Assembly: GCA_945859975.1 (NCBI GenBank) | Contig: CAMAPH010000040.1 | Location: forward strand, 1-25,908 | Origin: Chthonomonas calidirosea | GTDB taxonomy: Bacteria; Armatimonadota; Fimbriimonadia; Fimbriimonadales; Fimbriimonadaceae | Length of the DNA: 25,908 nucleotides | Direction of reading: 5' to 3' | Part shown: positions 1-7,965 of the stretch, piece by piece | Numbering within the stretch: position 1 is the stretch's first letter | Layout of the letters: each line of letters starts with the position of its first letter | Translations under genes and position numbers: made by a program | Notes under the pieces: model-generated | Databases searched by the model: none | What the model saw: only the letters and a program-made list of their open reading frames with translations | Told to the model about the DNA's origin: nothing

Positions 1-509
1 CCGATTTTCAAGACACGCTGAACATTGTCCGGATAAATCTCAACTCGCGCCGTAAGCGAATTTGTCCGGTCTTGAGACATCCAATCGACGCCGTTTGGCA
101 GCGAAGTTGGCTGCCAGCCATCCTCCCCGTTTCGCCAAAGCTCCAAAAACAGATCACGTGCCGGCCGCATGCTTTCAAAATTGATGGTCGCAGCTTGGCT
201 AAGAACCTGCCGCGACGCAATGGCAGCAGCCAACGTTTCGCGCGGCGAACGATACGGACTGTCCAGCAGAACTTGGGCCGAGACATCGCCAACCTCCACT
301 TCTTTTCGGAGGCTGCTACCATTTGGAAGAAGGGCTTGAACGGAGTAGGTGCCCGGTCGGAGATCCTCGACGTCCAAATACCCGGACTGAGGGATGGCGG
401 CAGTGATCGGAACTCGCTGGACCGTGCGATCCAGGTGAGTTAGAGTTACCGGCACCACCGGCTGAGGAAAACTGCTTCCTAAATCGAGCCTAATCGATAG
501 CCGGGCCAT
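1..509 (-). CDS. Hypothetical protein, third gene of the hydrolase-caspase operon; 3' end lies outside the window; beta-rich N-terminal domain (carboxypeptidase-regulatory/PEGA-like)
   Basis: Not in the ORF track. ATG at 509-507 overlaps the caspase TGA (TGATG). Manual translation is open for 169 codons to the window edge: MARLSIRLDLGSSFPQPVVPVTLTHLDRTVQRVPITAAIPQSGYLDVEDLRPGTYSVQALLPNGSSLRKEVEVGDVSAQVLLDSPYRSPRETLAAA... The 'G-Y-L-x-V-x-x-L-x-P-G-x-Y-x-V' pattern is typical of small beta-sandwich domains (inference). Confidence 0.85.
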   Translation of the reverse strand, partial: MARLSIRLDLGSSFPQPVVPVTLTHLDRTVQRVPITAAIPQSGYLDVEDLRPGTYSVQALLPNGSSLRKEVEVGDVSAQVLLDSPYRSPRETLAAAIASRQVLSQAATINFESMRPARDLFLELWRNGEDGWQPTSLPNGVDWMSQDRTNSLTARVEIYPDNVQRVLKI

Positions 510-1609
510 CAGAAATCCTCCAGAAGAAGTACAGGTGGCTTCGCGTGGCAGGATTTCCAGTCCGGGCTACCGGGACGCTGAACGTCAATTGGCCCGACCG
601 GGGCCGAGAAGGTCACCGGTTCGTCGTCGCCAACAAACCGCCCCAGCCCCTTCGCCTCAATTCCCACTTTTGGACCGGGCGAGGTGGCCTCGAAGAACAC
701 TTTTGCGAAAGCTTTTGGCTCCTTGACGTTGACGAGCGACTGTTCCCAGACCGTCTCACCTCCGACCTCAAAAATCGCGGGAAGCTTTTGTCGTCGATGT
801 GGATTTCCGACCGCCTTTACCGCGGCACCGAGCGAATCAACCGTGACTTGCCATCGGTTGCCGACCTCGGTCGCGGCGTAGTGGTTGAGACAATCGAGCA
901 AGACTTCACAGAACCGGGTCTCCGCATTCACCGTCCCCTCCGCAGTTTGATTGAGCGTCGCGGCGCGAATGACCGGCACGTTCTTGCCGCTGATCAGCAA
1001 GGGGCGCGCCGTAAGTAGGGTGCTCAATCCCTGACGCGGAATGTCCATATAAGATTTCGGCACGTTCCGGCAGGCATCCACCAGATACACCTGGGTCATC
1101 GCCTCGTTCGCCCCCATGGACCGCTTGAACTGCTCGAAGTTCACGGAGTTTCGCCAGAACTCTTCCTCAATGTCACCGAAGTCTTGGAGAAGCAGGATGC
1201 TTTCACTCGTGCTCGGGTCGGAGACGCCGTGCCCGCAGAAGTAGAAGATCGCGACGTTGTCGGCGTTCTGATTGCAAAGGTCCGACCAGGCTCTGGCGGC
1301 GGCTTTGACTTCTGCGAGAGTCGCTCCGCCGGTAACTTTCCCGGTGGGGTCGTTGCCGATTAAGAGTTGCACCGTTCCGAGCGGGACTTCAAGTCGATCT
1401 TGATTGGCAATGAACCAATCTGCCACCGCCCGAGCGGAAGGTTGTGGTGACGTCAATCGGTTCATGATTGGCGTCTCCTTGTGGTACTTCCCTTTCAATG
1501 CAGCGGGCATCGTTTCCTTGGGCTTTGGCATGAAGAAGTAGTCCCCCACGCCGATGCAGAGGACATGAACTGCCGCCGAAGCGCCAAGATCGCCGTCGAA
1601 AACAAGCAT
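509..1609 (-). CDS. Caspase-like cysteine protease (peptidase C14 family)
   Basis: N-terminal 'HVLCIGVGDY' strand; catalytic His in FYFCGHG (H127, codon 1229-1231); catalytic Cys in YLVDACR (C180, codon 1070-1072); later 'TRFCEVLLDCL' helix typical of prokaryotic C14 proteins. ATG overlaps the upstream TGA. Confidence 0.92.
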   Translation of the reverse strand: MLVFDGDLGASAAVHVLCIGVGDYFFMPKPKETMPAALKGKYHKETPIMNRLTSPQPSARAVADWFIANQDRLEVPLGTVQLLIGNDPTGKVTGGATLAEVKAAARAWSDLCNQNADNVAIFYFCGHGVSDPSTSESILLLQDFGDIEEEFWRNSVNFEQFKRSMGANEAMTQVYLVDACRNVPKSYMDIPRQGLSTLLTARPLLISGKNVPVIRAATLNQTAEGTVNAETRFCEVLLDCLNHYAATEVGNRWQVTVDSLGAAVKAVGNPHRRQKLPAIFEVGGETVWEQSLVNVKEPKAFAKVFFEATSPGPKVGIEAKGLGRFVGDDEPVTFSAPVGPIDVQRPGSPDWKSCHAKPPVLLLEDF

Positions 1610-2802
1610 CAGATGACCTTAAACTCTTGCAGACGGACCTTCAGGCGGGTGTAGTAGCTCGGCAAGCCGAAGTACAGATTGTGGGCATTGATCAACGAGC
1701 CGCCAGTGTTGAACTGGAAGTCGTGGGCTCCTTCTAGCATGGGTTCCAATCTAAATCCGAGCGGGTCGGCGAAGTCGTACGAGTTGAGCCAAACGCCGAA
1801 GTTGTTCGGCTTTGCGGTCTTTGCCGGTGGCACGACGCTCAACTTTTGTCCGTAGACATCGAGCTCCATGAAGAGGCCTACCTGGGTCCCTCCGGTGACT
1901 ACGGCATCGGCGAAGAAGCCCGCTGGCAGCAGGTCTCGGTGGTGGGTCAGGATGTCCCAGATGACCGTTCCGCCGAAGCTGTGGCCGACAAGCACCAGCT
2001 TTTCGCCGTTCTTTTGAGCTTCATTCCACGCCGCCGTAATGTCGGTCAAGGCGATTTTTGTGATCTCGTTGGGGGCGTTTGCCGCTCCACGAGAGTTGAG
2101 ATACACGAAGGCATCACCGATAAACTTCGCCGCACCAACGGTCATGGCGCTCTTTGTCTTCAGCATGAACTTGTCCGAAACGCGATCGATGACGCTGCCG
2201 ACGGCTTTCTTAAACCCATCGGAGATTTTGCTGAGAAAGTCGAAGGCACCCAGGCTCTCTTTGATCTTTTCCGTTTCCCGTTGTTGCTGGAAGGCGTTGA
2301 CTTGGGGCAATAATTCATCGATAAGTTCGGCGTCCGTGTTGACCGAGTCCAACCAAGTCCAGTCGCCTTCTTTGGCGTACTCGGACAGAATCTTGACCGC
2401 TTCCCCGTAAGATTCCTCGCTATCGTTTTCGGATTGATCCATCCCGCTCACGATGAGGTCGATCAGTTGCTCTTTTCCGCTCAGTTCGCTCCCGTCCGTC
2501 GCGGGTTTGCGAGCAATGGTCAGGAGTTGATTCCCCTTTAACCCAGACTTTGCAGAAGGGTCGCCCAGGACTTCGAGAGTTTTTTCTTCGCCCAGCGTTT
2601 CGGCACCTTCTGCGGTGGGTACGCAGGCCCCGTTGTAACGCAACCGCCCGCCGTGGTCACCCCAGTACGGATTTCGAACCTTGGCTTTGCCATCAAAGGT
2701 GATTTTCGAAAGCAGTTGAGACCGGTTCGCAACATCTCGCTCAAACGCAGTCCCATCTCCTTCCTTACGATTCGCAACTCCATGGACAAAAACAACTTGC
2801 AT
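1609..2802 (-). CDS. Alpha/beta-hydrolase (lipase/esterase-like) with a large acidic insert
   Basis: VVFVHG oxyanion motif, GHSFG nucleophile elbow, putative acid in YDFADPL and His in AHNLYF. Start placed at ATG 2802 (397 aa) because TAGAAT lies 7 nt upstream; the ORF track uses 2838. Confidence 0.88.
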   Translation of the reverse strand: MQVVFVHGVANRKEGDGTAFERDVANRSQLLSKITFDGKAKVRNPYWGDHGGRLRYNGACVPTAEGAETLGEEKTLEVLGDPSAKSGLKGNQLLTIARKPATDGSELSGKEQLIDLIVSGMDQSENDSEESYGEAVKILSEYAKEGDWTWLDSVNTDAELIDELLPQVNAFQQQRETEKIKESLGAFDFLSKISDGFKKAVGSVIDRVSDKFMLKTKSAMTVGAAKFIGDAFVYLNSRGAANAPNEITKIALTDITAAWNEAQKNGEKLVLVGHSFGGTVIWDILTHHRDLLPAGFFADAVVTGGTQVGLFMELDVYGQKLSVVPPAKTAKPNNFGVWLNSYDFADPLGFRLEPMLEGAHDFQFNTGGSLINAHNLYFGLPSYYTRLKVRLQEFKVI

Positions 2803-2809
2803 CTTCTGC

Positions 2810-2815
2810 ATTCTA
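2810..2815 (-). promoter_or_regulatory. -10 element (TAGAAT) of a probable leaderless promoter for the hydrolase-caspase operon
   Basis: Minus strand reads ggtTAGAATgcagaagATG; no Shine-Dalgarno sequence before the ATG. Confidence 0.6.
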
Positions 2816-2867
2816 ACCCGGTCGTGCTCGGATGGCAATGATTCTGCCGGGTAACTTTTCCGGAGTT

Positions 2868-3665
2868 ATGCAAGTCTCCACGCCGCGCCGGTATTCCCTC
2901 TCCACTTGGGCGGTCAATGGGTGGATTGGGCAGTCGCTTTGGGATAAGCCGGGGGCGGAGTTGGCCGGAGAAGAACCGCTAGGCAACCTAGGAAATGTGC
3001 CGGCCGAAGCCGCAAAGCTCGGCATCCGCAACCTTGAGGTCTGTCACTTCCATCTTCCTCGAACGCGAGCCAGCGAGTTGAAAGCAGCCGCTGAAGCGGC
3101 GGGCGTTCACCTTTATCAACTACTGATCGATGATGGCGACATCGCGGACCCGGAGAACCATGAGCGTGACCTTGCTTGGATCAAAGGTTGGGTTGATATT
3201 GCCGCAGAAGGAGGGTTCGCCCGAGTTCGAGTGATCGCCGGCAAGACCAGCCCAGAAGGCGCCCTCGAGCGCGTGACCGAACACCTGAAAGACCTCACCT
3301 CCTACGCCAAAGCGCGAGGGATTCGAGTTGTTATTGAGAATTGGTTCCCGCTCATGTCCACGCCGGAGGCGATTTTGCATGTCACTCGGGAGTTGGGCGA
3401 TGAACTCGGCCTTTGCTTCGATTTCGGCAACTGGGGCGGCGAGAACAAGTATTCCGACTTAGGTCAGATCGTCCACCTCGCCGAGTCTTGCCACGCCAAA
3501 TGCAATTTCGTCGACGGCAAGCCCGATTTGGATGACTTTGTGAAGTGCCTTGAACTCACGAAAGAGGTGGGATTCAACGGCCCCTACACCCTGGTTCACG
3601 GGGAAACCGGAAACGAGTGGGAAAGCCTCAAGGTCCAGCTGAGTGCGCTCGAACCGTACATTTAG
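2868..3665 (+). CDS. Sugar phosphate isomerase/epimerase family (xylose isomerase-like TIM barrel) protein
   Basis: Motifs 'VVIENW', 'LCFDFGNW', 'CHAK' and 'GFNGPYTL' fit the AP_endonuc_2/IolE-like family. Start ATG 2868 preferred; the ORF track start 2832 would crowd the divergent promoter region. Confidence 0.8.
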   Translation: MQVSTPRRYSLSTWAVNGWIGQSLWDKPGAELAGEEPLGNLGNVPAEAAKLGIRNLEVCHFHLPRTRASELKAAAEAAGVHLYQLLIDDGDIADPENHERDLAWIKGWVDIAAEGGFARVRVIAGKTSPEGALERVTEHLKDLTSYAKARGIRVVIENWFPLMSTPEAILHVTRELGDELGLCFDFGNWGGENKYSDLGQIVHLAESCHAKCNFVDGKPDLDDFVKCLELTKEVGFNGPYTLVHGETGNEWESLKVQLSALEPYI

Positions 3666-3679
3666 GTTAACCTGCGGGA

Positions 3680-4657
3680 ATGAAGTTCAGACCGTTTGGT
3701 AAGCACGGGTTCGACGTTTCAGAAATTGGGTTTGGCGCGTGGGCCATTGGCGGAAGCTGGGGACCGCAGTCCGAAACAGATTCGGTGGACGCGCTCAAGA
3801 AGTCGCTCGACCTTGGCGTGAACTTTATCGACACCGCGGCCGGCTACGGCGGTGGAAAGAGTGAGCGCATTATCGGCGAGGTACTGAAGGACCGAGGCGG
3901 CAGCAAAATCCATGTCGCCACGAAGACGCCTCCCGCTTCCGGAGCATGGCCTCCGACTCCATACGATGATCCGGAAGATCGATACAGTGAGCTGTACCTT
4001 CGGGAAAACCTCGCTGAGCGAATGAAGTTCCTGGCCAGCGACAAAGTCGACGTGCTTCAGCTCCACACTTGGACCCGGGCTTGGAACCGTGATCCAAAGC
4101 CATTTGCCCATCTCCGCAACATTCAAGCCGAAGGCAAGATCGGGCTCATCGGAATCTCAACACCTGAGCACGACCAGAACGCGGTTATTGATCTGATGCG
4201 CGGTGGATGGGTGGACACGGTTCAGGTCATCTACAACATTTTCGAGCAAGAACCCGCCGCCGAACTTCTCGACGTCGCAGGCGAAACGGGCACGGCAATT
4301 ATTGTCCGGGTTGCCTTTGACGAAGGCGTATTGACCGGCAAGTTCACCGCCGACACGCAGTTCGCTGAAGACGACTTCCGACGAAACTACTTCGCAGGAG
4401 ACCGACTGACTCGAGCCGTTGATCGTGCAGAGGAAATCCGCACGGACGTTGAAGGTAGCGGATACACGATGGCGCAGGTTGCGCTGAAGTTTGTGTTGGC
4501 GCACCCAGCAGTGAGCACCGTGATCCCCGGAATTCGAAATGTGAACCAAGCCGAGCTGAACTGTGCGGTTTCGGAACTACCGGATTTGGACACCGATTTG
4601 ATGATTCGACTACGACGCCACAACTGGCGACGTGCTTTTTGGTATTCCGGCAAATAA
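3680..4657 (+). CDS. Aldo/keto reductase
   Basis: 'VSEIGFGAW', 'NFIDTAAGYG' (catalytic D/Y), 'VATK', 'QLH', 'AQVALKFVL', 'VIPG'. TAACCT lies 6 nt before the ATG. Confidence 0.95.
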   Translation: MKFRPFGKHGFDVSEIGFGAWAIGGSWGPQSETDSVDALKKSLDLGVNFIDTAAGYGGGKSERIIGEVLKDRGGSKIHVATKTPPASGAWPPTPYDDPEDRYSELYLRENLAERMKFLASDKVDVLQLHTWTRAWNRDPKPFAHLRNIQAEGKIGLIGISTPEHDQNAVIDLMRGGWVDTVQVIYNIFEQEPAAELLDVAGETGTAIIVRVAFDEGVLTGKFTADTQFAEDDFRRNYFAGDRLTRAVDRAEEIRTDVEGSGYTMAQVALKFVLAHPAVSTVIPGIRNVNQAELNCAVSELPDLDTDLMIRLRRHNWRRAFWYSGK

Positions 4658-4673
4658 AGCCGGAACTTTTCTG

Positions 4674-4685
4674 TACTCTTCGGTA
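4674..4685. promoter_or_regulatory. Putative TetR operator (TACT-N4-GGTA) overlapping a TATATT -10 upstream of tetR
   Basis: Near-palindrome matching the perfect copy at 5336-5347. Confidence 0.55.
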
Positions 4686-4709
4686 TATTAAAGTTGTCAG
4701 GAGGAAAGA

Positions 4710-5288
4710 ATGGGAAGGATCAAACAGTTCAAAGTCGAAGACGCGCTCGCAAAAGCGACCGATGTCTTTTGGCAGAAAGGGTTTGAAGCCGCTTCCCTAA
4801 CCGACCTCACCGAAGAAATGGGGATCCAGAGGCCAAGTCTTTACGACACCTTTGGATCGAAGGCCGAGCTTTATCGTGACGCGCTGATGGCCTACCAGGC
4901 CGGAGCACGGGCGCAGCTAGATAAGCTTCTCGCCGAAGGAACGACTCCGGTCGATTCCCTTCGGCGATTCCTTGCCACCGCTATCCCCGACAGCGTGAAT
5001 GACCGGAAGGGTTGCTTCTGTGTGAACGCGTCCATCGAGACCGCGTCGCACGAAGCCGAAATCCAAGAAGTGCTTCAAAAGCACTTCCTGCAGGTTCAAA
5101 CCCTGCTGGCGCGTTACGTTTCCGCCGGACAGGCGGCGGGAGAGATCTCCCTCGATCTGTCTCCGATGGATGCGGCGGGCTACCTCCTGACCCTCATTCA
5201 TGGCCTGCACGTCACCGCAAGGACGACGGCCGACCCCGCAATCCTCACCGCCCGCGCTGAATGCGGGCTGTCCGCACTACTTCCGTAA
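4710..5288 (+). CDS. TetR/AcrR family transcriptional regulator (NemR/ComR-like)
   Basis: HTH region 'FWQKGFEAASLTDLTEEMGIQRPSLYDTFGSKAELY'; 'KGCFCVN' motif; AGGAGG Shine-Dalgarno before the ATG. Confidence 0.95.
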   Translation: MGRIKQFKVEDALAKATDVFWQKGFEAASLTDLTEEMGIQRPSLYDTFGSKAELYRDALMAYQAGARAQLDKLLAEGTTPVDSLRRFLATAIPDSVNDRKGCFCVNASIETASHEAEIQEVLQKHFLQVQTLLARYVSAGQAAGEISLDLSPMDAAGYLLTLIHGLHVTARTTADPAILTARAECGLSALLP

Positions 5289-5335
5289 TCCCTACCCACC
5301 GTAGCGATGACCTTTTACGCGTGAAAATCAAAACA

Positions 5336-5347
5336 TACCAAACGGTA
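5336..5347. promoter_or_regulatory. Putative TetR operator (TACC-AAAC-GGTA) immediately upstream of the SDR gene
   Basis: Perfect 4-bp-arm palindrome ending 6 nt before ATG 5354; a second copy lies upstream of tetR. Confidence 0.6.
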
Positions 5348-5353
5348 CACAAA

Positions 5354-6106
5354 ATGAATCAACTCTCAAACAAAATCGCTCTCATCACTGGCGCAACCTC
5401 CGGCATCGGCCGCGCCACCGCGCTTGCCTTTGCCGCCGAAGGCGCAAAGGTCGTCGTTGCGGGCCGTCGGGAATCCGAAGGAAACCAAGTCGTAGCCGAA
5501 ATCATCGCCAACGGCGGCGAAGCCATCTTCGTCCAGACCGACGTGTCGATTGAAGCCCAGGCCGAAAATGCGGTGAATCAGACGGTGGAGAAGTTTGGCC
5601 GTCTCGATATTCTTTTCAATAACGCGGGAATCGAGGGCACGTTCGGGTCTCCGCTGCACGAAGCCGGAGTCGATGCTTATGATGACGTGTTCAATATCAA
5701 CGTACGGGGACTTCTGTTTGTCCAAAAGTACGCGGTGCGGGCCATGCTTCAAGCAGGTGGCGGTTCCGTGGTGAATACCACCAGCGTCGCCGGCCTCGTG
5801 GGCTTCCCCGGAGCAGGCGTTTACGACGCGAGTAAGCACGCGGTTGAGGGCATCACAAAGTCCGCTGCGCTTGAGCTGGCGAAGCTTGGTGTCCGAGTCA
5901 ATGCCGTTGCTCCCGGCGCTGTTCAAACCGAGATGGTTGACCGCGCATTCGGCGAACAAAAAGACTACGTTGCCGGTATGCACCCAATCGGTCGACTCGG
6001 CCGAGCTGAAGAAGTCGCCGCGGCTGTAGTGTTCTTGGCTTCAGACGCCGCCTCCTTTATCACCGGAGTCAGCCTGCCGGTCGACGGCGGATTCCGAGCC
6101 GCTTAA
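5354..6106 (+). CDS. Short-chain dehydrogenase/reductase (SDR)
   Basis: TGATSGIG Rossmann motif, NNAG, catalytic YDASK, 'VNAVAPG', 'LPVDGG'. Start at ATG 5354 (MNQLSNKIALITG); the ORF track start 5261 overlaps tetR. Confidence 0.95.
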   Translation: MNQLSNKIALITGATSGIGRATALAFAAEGAKVVVAGRRESEGNQVVAEIIANGGEAIFVQTDVSIEAQAENAVNQTVEKFGRLDILFNNAGIEGTFGSPLHEAGVDAYDDVFNINVRGLLFVQKYAVRAMLQAGGGSVVNTTSVAGLVGFPGAGVYDASKHAVEGITKSAALELAKLGVRVNAVAPGAVQTEMVDRAFGEQKDYVAGMHPIGRLGRAEEVAAAVVFLASDAASFITGVSLPVDGGFRAA

Positions 6107-6115
6107 TGTCATCGA

Positions 6116-6145
6116 TGCCCCTCTTTCGGAACTGAACGAGGGGCA
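6116..6145 (+). terminator. GC-rich hairpin after the SDR gene, possible terminator
   Basis: TGCCCCTC...GAGGGGCA 8-bp stem just after the stop codon; no U-tract. Confidence 0.4.
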
Positions 6146-6198
6146 AAACTGGGTTTCTGAGGGCTGGGTCTGTCACTATAGGGACACCACCCAATTTC

Positions 6199-7935
6199 AT
6201 GAGAAAACCTAAGCCAGAATTCAAAGGCAAATTCCAACCGCGAGACAAGTTTGCGGGTAAGCCAAAACGTAACAAACCCGCTTTCCAAAAGCCGCTAGAC
6301 CCCGACGCCCAGACGGCCGCACCAGCACCCGTTGTTGAGGAAACTCCTGCAGATCTTCCAACGTTCGCCGAACTCGGTCTAAAAGATTCCATCGTCAAAG
6401 CCATCGTCGAAATGGGCTATGAGTGCCCAACGCCGATTCAGGCCCGCGCCATTCCAGTCCTGCTCGAAGGCGGTGACCTCATTGGCCAAGCTCAAACCGG
6501 AACCGGAAAGACCGCCGCTTTTGCTCTTCCAATCATTCAGAGAGTCGATCCTTCTACCAACGACACCCAGGCCCTGATTCTCGCACCGACGCGAGAGCTT
6601 GCGGTGCAGGTTGCGGGCGGCATTTGGGATCTGGCCAAGCACACCGGAATCCGCGTGGTTCCGGTTTACGGCGGACAGCCGATTGACCGACAGTTCCGCG
6701 CCCTCAAGTCCGGCGCGCACGTCGTAGTCGGAACTCCAGGTCGAGTTCTGGACCATATTCGGCGCGGCTCCCTCAACCTGAGTACGGTCAAGTTCTGCGT
6801 TCTCGACGAAGCGGACGAAATGATGGCCCTTGGCTTTGCCGAGGACATGGAAGCGATTCTGGCGCAGTTGCCCGATGAGCGACAGCTTGCCTTCTTCTCG
6901 GCTACCATGCCGCCGAAGATCGCCGCGCTAACAAAAACTTATCTCAAGAATCCGAAGCACGTCAGCATCGAGAGCAAGCGACGAACGGTCGAAACGACCA
7001 ATCAGACGTACTACGAAGTGCCGAAGGGCAAAAAGCTCGAAGCATTGGGCCGTGTGCTCGACATGGAAAGCCCTGGGCCGACCATCGTCTTCTGCCGAAC
7101 GCGACAGGAAACGAACGATCTTTCGGACAACCTTCGACTTCGCGGCTACAACGCGGAAGCCCTGCACGGCGACATGAGCCAGCAGGAGCGAGATCGGGTC
7201 ATGCGACGTTTCCGCGACGGCGCGGCCGACTTGCTGGTCGCGACCGACGTTGCGGCACGTGGACTCGACATCGAAACCGTCACCCACGTCATCAACTACG
7301 ACATTCCGTTTGACGTTGAGGCTTACATTCACCGAATCGGTCGAACCGGTCGAGCGGGACGAACGGGCGACGCGATCACCCTCATCGAAGGCAAACAGCG
7401 ACGTCAGCTCGAAGCCATCGAGCGGGTTACCGGCGCGAAGATCAAACCGGCGCGCATTCCAACCGCCGCCGATATTGCGGCGCGACGACGAGACCAGTTT
7501 AAGGACACCCTCCGCGAGGCAATTGCCGCCGGACAGTTCGAGGCCCACCTTGCCACGGTCGATGACCTTGCCGAGGACTTCGATCCGGCACAGATCGCCG
7601 CCGCCGCACTTCACCTGCTCTGGCAAAACCAGCACTCGACTCCGGCCGCCGCCGAAGAGTTGGATGCCGATTTCGAACAGCCAGAAATGGGCATGACCCG
7701 AATCTTCATCGGCCTTGGCCGACAAGACGGCCTCCGACCTGGGGACATCGTTGGCGCGATCGTTAATGAAGCGGGAATCGCTTCGAAGGCCATCGGCGTC
7801 ATCGACGTGCTCGACCGCACGGCCTTTGTCGAAGTGCCGCTCGCCGAAGGCGAGCGCGTGGTCCAGGCCCTTCGCAACACAAAGCTACGAAACAAGAAGG
7901 TCAAAGTACAACTCGCTCGTCCACCGGCTGAATAA
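6199..7935 (+). CDS. deaD: DEAD-box RNA helicase DeaD/CsdA-like with C-terminal DbpA-type RNA-binding domain
   Basis: Q motif (PTPIQ), AQTGTGKT, PTRELA, DEADEM, SAT, ARGLD, HRIGRTGRAG; C-terminal 'IFIGLGRQDGLRPGDIVGAI' domain. Confidence 0.93.
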   Translation: MRKPKPEFKGKFQPRDKFAGKPKRNKPAFQKPLDPDAQTAAPAPVVEETPADLPTFAELGLKDSIVKAIVEMGYECPTPIQARAIPVLLEGGDLIGQAQTGTGKTAAFALPIIQRVDPSTNDTQALILAPTRELAVQVAGGIWDLAKHTGIRVVPVYGGQPIDRQFRALKSGAHVVVGTPGRVLDHIRRGSLNLSTVKFCVLDEADEMMALGFAEDMEAILAQLPDERQLAFFSATMPPKIAALTKTYLKNPKHVSIESKRRTVETTNQTYYEVPKGKKLEALGRVLDMESPGPTIVFCRTRQETNDLSDNLRLRGYNAEALHGDMSQQERDRVMRRFRDGAADLLVATDVAARGLDIETVTHVINYDIPFDVEAYIHRIGRTGRAGRTGDAITLIEGKQRRQLEAIERVTGAKIKPARIPTAADIAARRRDQFKDTLREAIAAGQFEAHLATVDDLAEDFDPAQIAAAALHLLWQNQHSTPAAAEELDADFEQPEMGMTRIFIGLGRQDGLRPGDIVGAIVNEAGIASKAIGVIDVLDRTAFVEVPLAEGERVVQALRNTKLRNKKVKVQLARPPAE

Positions 7936-7965
7936 GCCAGCGGACGAGCGCTTCGGTCGGTCCAG

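Noticed and set aside
8..443. ORF-track ORFs 8..322 (-) and 72..443 (+)
   Set aside because: They are shadows of the coupled minus-strand frame starting at 509, which stays open to the window edge.
1..2870. Mobile-element context for the caspase operon
   Set aside because: No integrase, transposase, tRNA or terminal repeats are visible within the window; the left boundary is outside it.
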